The notes beneath the pieces are model-generated. The model worked only from the letters and a program-made list of their open reading frames with translations. It did no database searches and had not been told where the DNA came from. Shown here one piece after another: positions 22,646 through 32,912 of a stretch of 64,000 bases of DNA (positions are counted from its first letter, which is position 1; every line of letters starts with the position of its first letter). Source of the DNA: Hyaloraphidium curvatum SAG 235-1 (Eukaryota; Fungi; Monoblepharomycota); contig JAIVFI010000038.1 in NCBI GenBank assembly GCA_025558095.1, positions 434,001 to 498,000 on the forward strand, given 5' to 3'. Made by a program: the position numbers and the translations under genes.

Positions 22646-24298
22646 CTACTCGTCCGACGCCAAGAACCTTACCCTGGCCTCCCTCTCCCTCGCCGACCCG
22701 CTCGCCAGCTCCACCGGCTCCACCGCGATCCTCTCCTCCGCCCTCTTCCCGTCCCTGAGCCTCAGCACGTCCACCTCGACCCTGCTGAACACCCTGGTCC
22801 CCGGGGGCCGCATGGCCGCCCGCCCGCAGACGGGGGAGAAGGCGTACACGCGGTCGTACATCTCCTTGCCGCTGCCCACCGGCTCGCCGGCCACGCGGAC
22901 GATCAGGTCGCCCTCGCGCAGGCCGGCGCGGGCGGCGGGGCCGGCGGGGTCGAGCGACATGACGAGGAGGCCGCCGAGGGTGCCGTTCCACCCCTCGTAC
23001 CGCTCGGGGAGCGAGGCGAGGAGGAGGTCGTCCAGGGTGCGGAGGCCCAGGTAGGGCCGCGGGGGAGGGGGGAGCGTGGCGGGGTCCGTGGGCTGCGTGG
23101 GGTGGCCCAGGATCATGCTTCGGACGAGGCAGCGCACGGTGGCGTCGGCACGGATGGCAAAGGTCGCGAGGTCGTTGCCCCCCGCCGAGGCGGCGACGGG
23201 GTCGAAGGAGGTGGTGGTGATCCCCAGCACGTGCCCCGTGCGGAGGCTGAGCAGCGGGCCGCCCGAGTTGCCCTTGCGGACCTGCGCGTCCGTTTGGAGG
23301 AAGTCGATCCCGGGGTCGGACTTGCCCAGCACGGCAGAGGGGCGGGGGTAGCTCCCCAAGATGCCCGAGGTGACCGAGTAGGCGAGGCCTTTGGGGTTGC
23401 CGATGGTGCAGACCTGCGTGCCCGGCTCGATCTCCTCGTCCTCCTCGACCGCGCGCGTGGGGGGAAGCGGGGCGAAATGCAGGGGGACGAATTTCGCCGG
23501 CGGGTGGTCCGAGAGCTCCGAGATCTCGGCGGTGACCTTGAGCACGGCCAAATCGGAGAGCGAGTCGTAGCCCACGACGTCGGCGGCGTACTTGCGGCCC
23601 TTGCTGTCCTGCACCGTGATCCTGCGCGGCGCGTTGCGGTCCAGCCCGTGGGTGGCCTCGCGGGCCGAATGGCAGTCGGGCGAGAGCACGTGGGCGTTGG
23701 TGAGGATGTGGCCGTGGGTGGAGATGACGAACCCCGTGCCGGTGCCGTGCTGCGCACGGTCGAGCGAGCCTGGGCGGGCCATGGAGGCGGGGCCGACGCG
23801 GGGCGCCTTGGGGGGGAGCGGCAGCTCGACGTGGATGAGGAATGTCGACTGCAGCGAGCGGGCGATGTTGTGCGGGTGGTGGTGGCCGTCGCCGGGAGGG
23901 GCGTCGGCGAACAGGCCGGGCGAGAACTCGAGGGGCGTGCCGGGGGCGACTGCCGGCACCATGCCGTTCCCGAGGGGTGCCGAAGTGCCAATATCGGAAT
24001 TCAGGTCCATAATCGGGTCCGCCCCCTTGGGGGGTTTAGAGTCCGTGGTCGAACCAAGGAACGACAGCCGGCCGCCGCCCATTCCCATCCCGGGCGCCGC
24101 CACCCGCCGCAGCGCCGCGAAGCCGTCTCTCAGCGTCGCGTACGCGCGGTCCTTTGCCTCCTCGACGCGCAGTCGCCGCCACTCGTCGTCGTCGCGCGGC
24201 GAGAGCGCAAACACCGCGGCCGCCGCGGCGCCCGCAAACGCGGCCGCGGGGGGCCGCCGCGCCCCGCGCAGGGCGAGCGGCACCGCACGGCGCGCCAT
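22646..24298 (-). CDS. HtrA/DegP (HtrA2/Omi-like) serine protease with PDZ domain
   Basis: GTGF, LTNAHV, SDLAVLK, IGNP, LQTDA, GNSGGPL, GPAARAGLREGDLI; Arg/Ala-rich presequence followed by a hydrophobic segment. Confidence 0.9.
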   Translation of the reverse strand: MARRAVPLALRGARRPPAAAFAGAAAAAVFALSPRDDDEWRRLRVEEAKDRAYATLRDGFAALRRVAAPGMGMGGGRLSFLGSTTDSKPPKGADPIMDLNSDIGTSAPLGNGMVPAVAPGTPLEFSPGLFADAPPGDGHHHPHNIARSLQSTFLIHVELPLPPKAPRVGPASMARPGSLDRAQHGTGTGFVISTHGHILTNAHVLSPDCHSAREATHGLDRNAPRRITVQDSKGRKYAADVVGYDSLSDLAVLKVTAEISELSDHPPAKFVPLHFAPLPPTRAVEEDEEIEPGTQVCTIGNPKGLAYSVTSGILGSYPRPSAVLGKSDPGIDFLQTDAQVRKGNSGGPLLSLRTGHVLGITTTSFDPVAASAGGNDLATFAIRADATVRCLVRSMILGHPTQPTDPATLPPPPRPYLGLRTLDDLLLASLPERYEGWNGTLGGLLVMSLDPAGPAARAGLREGDLIVRVAGEPVGSGKEMYDRVYAFSPVCGRAAMRPPGTRVFSRVEVDVLRLRDGKRAEERIAVEPVELASGSAREREARVRFLASDE

Positions 24299-24957
24299 AT
24301 TGCCCGGAAGGAGGCGGCACAGGGGAACGGACGCGTGACTGACGTGTTGGAGTGGCGGTGGCGATGACGGCGAGGGACCCACGGGCCACGATGACTCAAC
24401 TTATCAACTTGCCCCGCAATCAGTGAAGACGAGGAACGATATATGAAACTCACTCAAAGACATCAAAGACAACGACATCCGACGAGCCTGCGCGCGGGGT
24501 TTCGAACAACCTAGGCGTCCAGCTTGACCTCGAGGACCAGCACCTCGGGAACGACTGGGGCCTCCTGCCCGAAACCGCCCCCGGGTCGTCCGCAGGAGCT
24601 CCCGCGCTCCCCTCCGGTGCCACTTCCAGCCCGCGTTCGAGCTCCTTGAGGGACATGTCCGGGTAGGCAGAGGCAGAAGGGGGCTTGGACGAGGGGACTG
24701 TCCTCCTTCGCTTCGCTCCGTCGTCGGCCCCTCGTGGCCGGTTAGACCGTAGGTCCTTATGAAGTCTTCCTGCGCGAACTCCCTGGGTTCTCGTCCCTAT
24801 CTCCTGTCTCCTGTTGCCGGAAGGGGGGAGTGGGAGTTCCCCCCCCAAGGCTCCCAACCCGAGGGTCTCGCCGATCGTCCGGACAATCCGATCGTGAAGG
24901 ACACATTCGGCCGCCACCGCTGGAGTGACCGAGTCCACGGCTTTGGTTGCGCGCTGC

Positions 24958-26269
24958 TCACATCTCGCTGAACGCCTCCACCGCCTTCCCCCCGCCCACG
25001 ACCCAGTACATCCCCTTCCACCGCGCCCCCTTGGTGAACATCCCGTCCTCCGCTCCGCGCCCCTTGATTGCGTCCGCCCTGACCGCGAGCGCCGCGCGGA
25101 CCGAGGTGCGCACCGAGACGACCTTGGTGCCGACCTTCCATTGCTCGCCGGGGGGGAGCGAGGGCTCGGCGTGGGCGGAGGCGCGGAGATCAGAGAGGAG
25201 CGAGTCGGTGCTTGGGGGGAGGTCGCAGCGGAGGGGGGTGAAGCCGGGGATCTGCGAGGGAGGGGGCGAGTGAGATAACGGCGGAATAGAGGAGAGGCGA
25301 GATGGAGCACACCGGATTGCGAAAGCTGTCGACGAGCACGTCGAACACGGGCTTGCCGCCGGAGGGGAGCAGCTCTTTGAGTAGGTCGCCCTTCAGCTGC
25401 CCCTTGAGCCTGTTCTGCGCCGCCGGGGTGGGCGCCGGTACCGTCCCCGCGGCCACCTCTGCCGACAGGTCCGCCGGGTCGAGTTTGGAACCGGAGGTGT
25501 CGACGGCGTCCAGGCCCGTGTACATGCACAGCTCCCACCCGACCTCGACGACCCCGTAGGCCACCGTAAACAGGCTGCCCCTACACCGCGGGCAGACGAC
25601 GCTCCCAGAGTTGCCGCACGGTTCGCAGGAAACCACGCCCGTGCCGGTGCAGTTGTAGCACATGTTGGTGTAGGAATGCCGGTGCCGGTGGTGCGTCACG
25701 TATCCGGAGCCCCAGCAGACCTCGCACTCCCGCCTGCCGGCCCCGTTACACGTCGAGCAGGCCACCCTCCCCGCCTGGCCGCATCCGGCGCACCGCATCT
25801 GCCGCTCCGTCTGCGGCATGCGGACCCGCACCTGGCCCGTTCTGTTGGTATCGGAGAGAGCGGGCTGCTGCACCGGCATGCTCCACACGGGAGGAGGCTG
25901 CGCCGGCGGCACGGGGTACCCGTTCCATGGTTCTTCCTGAGCGACCACATTGCGCTTCTCGCGGACGGCGGCCACGCGGCAGGCCAGCAAGACGACCGGC
26001 GGCCGCAGCTCGATGCCGTAGCGGCCGAATCGCGCGCCCGTGTTCTGGAAAATGTCCTTCATCGAGTGCTCCTCCTTGAACTCGGCAATCAGGAGCGATT
26101 TGAGCTCCTCCGAGTCGGGGTCCGAGGGCGGCGTCGGCAGCGCGAGGGCGGCCAGCCAATCTGACCGGAGCGGGGCAGACTCGTAGGTAGGAGGAGGCCC
26201 CTCGGGGGCCACCACGTCGCCCGGTGGCGGCGCATACGGGTCGTACGCTGGCGATGGAGGTGCCGACAT
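24958..26269 (-). CDS. SSUH2-like protein with DnaJ-type CxxCxGxG zinc-finger repeats, 1 intron
   Basis: CAGCGQAG, CSTCNGAG, CEVCWGSG, CYNCTGTG, CEPCGNSG, CPRCRGS; intron CCG|GTGTGC..CAG|ATC. Confidence 0.75.
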
Positions 26270-26352
26270 GTCGAGGCGAAGGAGGAGTGGACCCCGCCGG
26301 CTGCGGCAAACCCCTTGCTCTCAGACCTACTCGAACCGCTGACGAGGCATGA

Positions 26353-27759
26353 ATGCCCGACGGGCCGGGCGATAACGGGGACGATGGCGGGGATGATCCT
26401 TTACCGAGGAGCGAGGGCGATTCGCGTGCCGGTCTGGCGGCGGAGGGCGCCGGCGTGCTCGGGTCTTCTCCGTCGCCGGGACCACCGAATCGCCAGAGGA
26501 CGCCCGCTGCGCCAGACTCGGAAAATGACATCGGGTCCAACTTTTCTGAAATTGGGACGCGGGGAGGACAGCCTGGCGGCGGCGAGTTTAGGCACCGGCC
26601 TGCTCCCGCCGACGGGGAGAACGTCAGGGCCGCCAACGGATTCGCGATCCCGCCTCGGACGGCGTCACTTCCCTCCGCAAACCGAACCAAAGCGCGCAGG
26701 GAGGCGGGGAATCGCCCGTCATTGCTTCCTCTGGGCCTCTTGCTAGCGATTCTCCTCCATCTTTCTTTGCTTCCGCGGTCTTCACCGCCCCCGCCGGCGA
26801 CAGGCACGTCGTGCTTCCTCGCCGCACTGCCCCGCCCCCTCCGCATCGTCGACGTTCCCCTTCCCGGACCGCAGGGTGGGATATTGACCTACCCACTTGC
26901 CCTGCACCCCCCAGGCAACGACATCTACCTCTCCGACCCCCTGTTCGACGCGCTCATCGCGGACCGCCCGCACCCCTTCCGCGACCTGCACCTCCGCTTC
27001 GTCGCCGCGGCAGCCCGCGCAACGGATCGGTATGGCCACCCTTCCGCAGCATCGGCTGTCGACGTCGGCGCGCACCTGGGGATCCACGCGGTGACGCTCC
27101 GCGCGCTGGGCTTCCGCGTGCTCGCCGCCGAGCCGCACCCGGCCTCGCACAGGTTATTGGAGTGCAACGGCGCGTTCAGACCTCCTCTGGGTGCCGGCAA
27201 CCTCACCCTTCTCCGCGCCGCGGTCACCTCGCACCCGCCACCCGCCCCGGGCACGTTACACCTCTCCACGCCGTACCCCTCCAACATCGGGCACTCCCTT
27301 CTCGTCCCCTCCCCCGACCCCACTTCCACCCCCGTCGCCCTGACCTCGCTGGACGAACTCTCTCGGCTGCTCCCTGCCCTGCCGTGGCTCCTCAAGGTCT
27401 CTGCCGAAGGCCACGAGCCCGCGATCCTCTCGCGCACCTCCGTGCTGCGCTCCCCCGCCACCCGCCCGCGTTACATCGCAGTCCACATGGACGCCCCCTC
27501 CATGCTCCGCGACGCCGGACGCGGGGGGGCGGAGCCCGAGTCCCTCTTCGCTGCGTTGTTCGGCAACGGGTACCGCCTCTTTGCCCGGCTCCCCGGCGGG
27601 ATGGACAGGGTGGACAAGGCGCATGCGGCTCACGGGGTGCTGAAGGGGGATAGGGAGGTGGTGCTCGGCGGGGCGGACCTGCGGGGGGTTGTAAGGGAGG
27701 GAGGGTGGTTGTGGGCGGTGCACGGGGACGAGATCGGGGGCAGCCAGGGGGAGGAGTGA
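26353..27759 (+). CDS. membrane-anchored FkbM-family SAM methyltransferase
   Basis: TM segment LLPLGLLLAILLHL; VDVGAHLGIHA; VLAAEP; SLDE; LLKVSAEGHE. Confidence 0.8.
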   Translation: MPDGPGDNGDDGGDDPLPRSEGDSRAGLAAEGAGVLGSSPSPGPPNRQRTPAAPDSENDIGSNFSEIGTRGGQPGGGEFRHRPAPADGENVRAANGFAIPPRTASLPSANRTKARREAGNRPSLLPLGLLLAILLHLSLLPRSSPPPPATGTSCFLAALPRPLRIVDVPLPGPQGGILTYPLALHPPGNDIYLSDPLFDALIADRPHPFRDLHLRFVAAAARATDRYGHPSAASAVDVGAHLGIHAVTLRALGFRVLAAEPHPASHRLLECNGAFRPPLGAGNLTLLRAAVTSHPPPAPGTLHLSTPYPSNIGHSLLVPSPDPTSTPVALTSLDELSRLLPALPWLLKVSAEGHEPAILSRTSVLRSPATRPRYIAVHMDAPSMLRDAGRGGAEPESLFAALFGNGYRLFARLPGGMDRVDKAHAAHGVLKGDREVVLGGADLRGVVREGGWLWAVHGDEIGGSQGEE

Positions 27760-28243
27760 ATCGAATCGGGCTGCGGATTTTGCTGCACTGCTGATAGTGT
27801 GTCATGCGCGTCGTCGCCATCTGACTTGTGGTCGCCGTGAAGGTCCCTGCGCATCGAGCAGCTGGAGATCGATCACCGAGAGGGACGGACAGCGCGGCAA
27901 GGTTCGTCGAGACAGGAAGAGCGGAGGAGGCTGCTGGACTGCTTGAAGGTGCTGATGGCAGCGGAGCACGTCGAGCTGTCGACGCGGAACCTCGGGGCAC
28001 TGCTGCGGTGGGGGAGGGAGAACCTGCCGGAGACTGGAACGTGCAGTAGGACCTGGAGTGTTGGCGATGCGCTCGAATCTCCCATTGTCTGTTGGCTGAT
28101 CTATACACGGCAAGCCGATCAGGTGCAGCACTTGCGCCAGCTGCATACGCGGACCACCACCGGTTCCGTGCAGCACGAACGGCTCTACTAACTTCCGATC
28201 CTGCGTACCTCCCCAACCCCCCATCCCCGGTCCCGGTCCCCAA

Positions 28244-30252
28244 TCAGCTCGCGGCCATGAGGCACGCCAGCGGCACCAGCCCCTCGACCTTGCTCACCGC
28301 GTTCCTGCCCATCGCCCAGCCGTCGTCGAACACCTGTTCCCCTTCCCATCAGCACCCATCCTCCCCCCTCAACACGGAAACGACCCACCTTGAGCACCGT
28401 CACCACGTCTCCCTTGTTCAGCACCATCTCGTCGTTCAGCTGCGGCGCGTACGGCCGCACGGCGACGTAGTCCCGGCCCTCCATCGTCGGGCTCTCGGGG
28501 CTCGCGGGGGCCCCGCGGCGGCGCGCGGAGGGGGTGGGCGCCAGCGCAGCGCCCGTGCCGGCTGCGACGGCTGCACCGGCGGCGATCGGCGGGGCGATGG
28601 TGTTGAACGGCACGCTTTCGGGGTAGGCGGTCGACGGGTAGGCGGAGGAGGCGGCGGCGAGCTGCGCCGGGGGCACGTAGGCCGCGGGCTGCTGCTGCAC
28701 CGCGGCGGTGCTCGCCGGGCGGGTCTGCTGCACCGTCGAGCTGGCCCCTTGGGCGGTGACGGGGACCATCTGCACCGCCTTCTCGGCGGGCTTGGGGCGG
28801 AGGAAGTACCACAGCAATCCGGCGATGGCGAGCAGGCCGACGGCGCCGCCGATGGCGATGCCCACTATGGCGCCGGTGGAGAGGGCGGAGGAGGTGGGAG
28901 GGGGGACGGGGGAGGTCTGCCGGGCCGAGAGGCGGTGCGGGCGGGTCGGGGGCGGGGCGGGGACGCCCTCGTCCTCGTCGTCGAGCTGGAAGGATTCCAG
29001 CACGGGGCGGCGGCGCGGGGGCGGGCGGGGGTCGGTGCGCGCCGGCACCGCGGGCTCGAAGTATTCGTCCTCGTCGAAGGCGTCGGCGGAGGTCGGATCG
29101 GCCATGTCCACGGGCTCGAGCTCCATCACCGCGCGGCCGGAGGACTGGTAGCTCACGCCGCCGCAGCGCCGCACGCCGCAGGCGGGAGAGCGGGTGAGCG
29201 AGCAGACCGTGGCGTCGACGGCGCAGGTGGAAAGGGGGGGCAGGGGGGGGAGCGGGCCGGCGAGGCGGTTCTTGGTCAGGTCGCTGGAGGGGGGTCGGGG
29301 GTTCAGCAAAGAGGAACCGGGGGATGTAAATGGAACTCACAGGTGACGGAGGGACCGGGGGAGCGGCGGGACGGCGCCGCTGAGCCTGTTCGAGGCGAGA
29401 TCACTGGCGGCAGGGATGATCAGCGGCTCATTCTTCCACATGCCGGCGCGGAAACCCACGCTTTGACCAGCCTGGTCTCGTCCAGGTCCGGCAGGCTCCC
29501 CGACAGCGCGTTGCGCGACGCGTCCAGGCTCTCGAGCGTGCGGGGGAGCTGCGGCAGCGCGCCCGAGAGACGGTTGCCGGCGACGTTGCTGGCGGGGGGG
29601 TGCGCGTGAGCCGGAAATCCAGTACCATGGAAGAAGACGGTGACCCACAGGTGGATCACCGAGGAGTGGTGCGAGATCCAGGCGGGGAATCGGCCAGAGA
29701 GGCGGTTGAACGACAGGTCGCTGGATGGGCCGATAAGCGCGGGCCCGAAGGAGCGGAAGAGATATGGAGCTTACAGCTTCTCCAGGCGGGTCAGCGAGGT
29801 CAGCGGCATCGACGCGAGGTTGCCCGAGAGGAGGAGCTCCGGCGGAGGGTCCGCCCACGAACTGCGATAAGGAGGCACACCCGGTCAGACGCCTCCTCTT
29901 CCCCAAATAACACCAAGCTTCTTGGTTGGACGGACACCCACATCTCGACGACCCGCCCGTCCCTGCAGTCCACCCTCCCCTCTGCCGCCCCGCCCTCCCC
30001 GGCGAAGGCGGCGCGGAACCCGCAGCACTCTTCCCCGCGGCCCCACAGCCTTCGCGGCGTGATCCCGCCCTTTGCGAAGAACTCCTCCAGCGCCGCGCAG
30101 TCGCGCGACTGGGGTGGGCGGGCGAGGGCGCGCGCGGGGGCGGCAAACACCGCGAGCGCGGCCAGCGCGAGGAGCAGCCGGGCGGGGGAGAGGGCGGGCG
30201 GGCGGCGGCCCGTTCCGCACGGTCGCCGGGCGCTGAGAGAGAGGGATGCCAT
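28244..30252 (-). CDS. signal peptide + extracellular LRR + TM + SH3 receptor-like protein, multi-exon
   Basis: LRR N-cap (DC..W..CC..VDC..GRV); repeats DLSFNRLSGRFP, NVAGNRLSGALP, DASRNALSGSLP, DLASNRLSGAVP, DLTKNRLAGPLP; TM GAIVGIAIGGAVGLLAIAGLLWYF; SH3 YVAVRPY..DEMVL..GDVV..DDGWA..GLVP. Confidence 0.85.
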
Positions 30253-30578
30253 GGCGGCGGCGCTGGCAGGGGGTGCCGGTTGGGTGGCCGGAGGGCGCGA
30301 CGCGGGCGCGGCCCAAGCACCGCGTCCGCTGACGGCACGCGCCGGCGGGGGAAGCAATCCCCGCGCGGAACGAGGCGTGGAATTCGCCGCCGCTGGCACG
30401 GAGGCGGCGCGGGCGGAGGGCAGGGGTCGCGAATGGCGCGAGCGTCGTCAGATGCCAGGGCACGGTCACGCAGCCGCTGGCCCCGAACCCGCACTTGGAC
30501 TCCCCGACCGCCCCCGCACCGAAGACGCCCGACGAATGGGCAATGTACACAATTGGAAAAGAGTATTCGTAGTAGAAT

Positions 30579-31629
30579 TCATGTACCGCCCGAGTCCGGG
30601 TGCCCTTTCTCCCAGGTCTGCGAGGTCACCCGCACGCCTCCATCCGATCGACAGCCACCCTCCCGGCGGTCCCGTCCTACTCCAGCTTGCCGTCGAAGCC
30701 CGGAACCTCTGTCCCCGCCGCCGCAGATGTCAAGGGTACCTGCGTCCGCCCACCCGCCTCGTTCCCCGTTGCCTGTCGGTGAGAGACCAAAGAATAACGC
30801 CGGTTCAGGTCCCGAGTCGATGCCGTCCACGGGTCCACCGACCTCGTCGCCTCTCGCTTGTGCCTTCCCTGCATTCTCCGCAGCCGCCTCGCCCGCCCTG
30901 CGCCCCCCCTCGCCCTCCTGCCCGCCACGTCACCACCTTCCCCACAACGCACGCCGCCAACGAAACCCACCGCAACCCTCTCCTCCACCCTCCCCACCCC
31001 CTCCCCATCCTTCCCCCCCTCCTCCTTGCCCGCCTCCTGCGTCCCCATCCCGGCAACGGTCGCCGGCGCCGCCCCCTGCATCGGGTCCGCCTTCTCGGCC
31101 TGCGGCGTGGGGTGCGCCAGCAGCGTGGGGTGGGAGGAGAAGAAAAACTCGGAGGAGGAGTATTCCGCGCGGGGGGTGGACATTCCGGGGAGGGATGTCG
31201 GTTCGTCGGGGCTTTGCGTGGAGCGGGGTGGGTGGGGTGGGTGGGGTGGGTGGGGCAGCGCCGAATCGCCACCGCGTTCTTGCGTGCGCTGCCTCGCAGT
31301 CATGCCGACAATGACAGCAAAGCGACAAGATCGCGCCCCCGCGTCCTACATCATCCATATTCTCCGCCTGTCCTCGGGCCACCCCGGCGCACCTCCCCCC
31401 CCTCCGCACTCGAGGCACGCGCAACGCGATCGATCGCGGGACCCGGGCTCGACCGCCAGCCCGTCGACGGCCGTCCACCCTCGGGCGGTGAGCTCCCCGT
31501 CGCCCGATCGATCCGCAGGCACGCGATCCCAGTCCCCTTTGCCAGGCCGGGCTTGTATTCCGGGCTCGGCGTCGGGGACAGGGTGGGGGGCGGGCGTTCC
31601 GCACGCCGAAAATCGCCGTCGGGCTCCAT
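30579..31629 (-). CDS. possible low-complexity hypothetical protein; exon structure unresolved
   Basis: Chain of overlapping minus-strand ORFs (31351-31629, 30677-31303, 30579-30830); no recognisable domain. Confidence 0.25.
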
Positions 31630-32008
31630 TATGGATGGCTAGCTCCTCATTACATGAATCCGGGATTCCCTTCGACCGACTAGGCAGTCCGCGGGCCGCC
31701 TAATCCGGTTCCCGCTAGCCGCCCGGCCGGCATCCCTCGCATCGCCGAACGGCGCTCGGAAGCGGGCGCCCGTGCATCGGAGCACCCGTGAGGTGCGAAC
31801 GTTTTGCGATCCGGTGGCGGGGAAGTGTCTCTGCGCGGCGTGACATCGGTTGGCGATGGCCAAATCTACGCGGTCCCTGCGTCCTTGTCCTTGGGGCGGT
31901 GTCATTGCGCGCGCAATCCCCAAGCGCCCTCGGCCGGCCAAGGGACATTAGGGACAGCCCGACCAACCAAGCTCCGCGCGTTCTCCGATCCCCGCACCTG
32001 CCGAAACC

Positions 32009-32644
32009 ATGCGCATCGCGGCCGGCAACCTGCTCTTATTGGCGCTCGTCGCGGCGCTCGCACGGTGCGTCCGCGCGCGCCCGGCCGGCGCGCCCCAAGG
32101 CTGACGAGCACCGCCCTCGCCATCCGCGTTCCGCGCAGGGCCGCCGCCGCCGCGCCCACCGGCGGCCTCGAGCTGGCCATCGGCGGGCCCGCCGGCCGCG
32201 ACGGGGAGGACGTGCGCTTCGTGGGCGCGTGCGCCGAGTGCGAGCCCGAGCAATACTGGTGGGCCCCCGCCGCGCCCCGCCGGTGCCCCCGCTCACCGCC
32301 GCCGGGATCGCAGCGAGGCCGCCTACCCCGGCGCACCCGACGGCTCCCTCGCCTGCGTGCGCTACGACACCGCGCGCCACCTCTACCGCAGGTACACATA
32401 CTCGGTCTGCGCGACCGGCAAGTTCTGCAGCGGCGGCGCCGAGATCACGAGCGGCGAAGCGTACCCGGGCGCGGGCACCTACACCCAGTGCCAGACAAAG
32501 TGCCAGGAGGCGCCCGACTGCAAGATATGGGCCTTCGACTCCGACTCGAGCCTCTGCGAGCTCAAGTCGTCCTGCGTTGGCGTCCTGAACGCCGCCGCGG
32601 GATCGGCCTACGGGGTCAGGAGCGACTACACCTGCCCAACCTGA
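32009..32644 (+). CDS. small secreted Cys-rich protein with a PAN/apple-like C-terminal domain, 2 introns
   Basis: Signal peptide MRIAAGNLLLLALVAALA; CAECEPEQYW|SEAAYPGAPDGSLACVRY; CQTKCQEAPDCKIWAF..CELKS. Confidence 0.75.
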
Positions 32645-32912
32645 CCGCGGGCCCCCGGTGGCGATCGGATCCGATCGCGAAATGGACGTTGGGAGTGCGT
32701 CGTGTACGTGGGACATCGCGAATCGGAGCGTCCTCCTCCTGCAAAGGATGCCTTCCCGCCGCCCAACGAACGGCGGCGCCTGCCGCGGCGGGCGCCCCCC
32801 CACCGGCGTCGCGCCGGCACGGCGGCGTCCGGCAGCTCAAAGTTGGCCGAGGTGCGGAGAGTCCGATCCCGGAATCCTGGCGTCAAGGATCCGATTCCCC
32901 GAAAATGTAGAT

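Noticed and set aside
21420-22991. 523-aa ORF as a single fusion protein
   Set aside because: The upstream part overlaps the HtrA 3' end and intergenic DNA; the oxygenase domain begins at the ATG at 22244
24450-24940. Possible degenerate gene remnant (similarly 27790-28190 and 53100-53450)
   Set aside because: The patches look coding but have no recognisable motif or paralogue in the window
31225-31255. (GGGGTGGGT)n tract as a telomere or G4 element
   Set aside because: Only about three units, internal, and consistent with a His-Pro-Pro coding microsatellite
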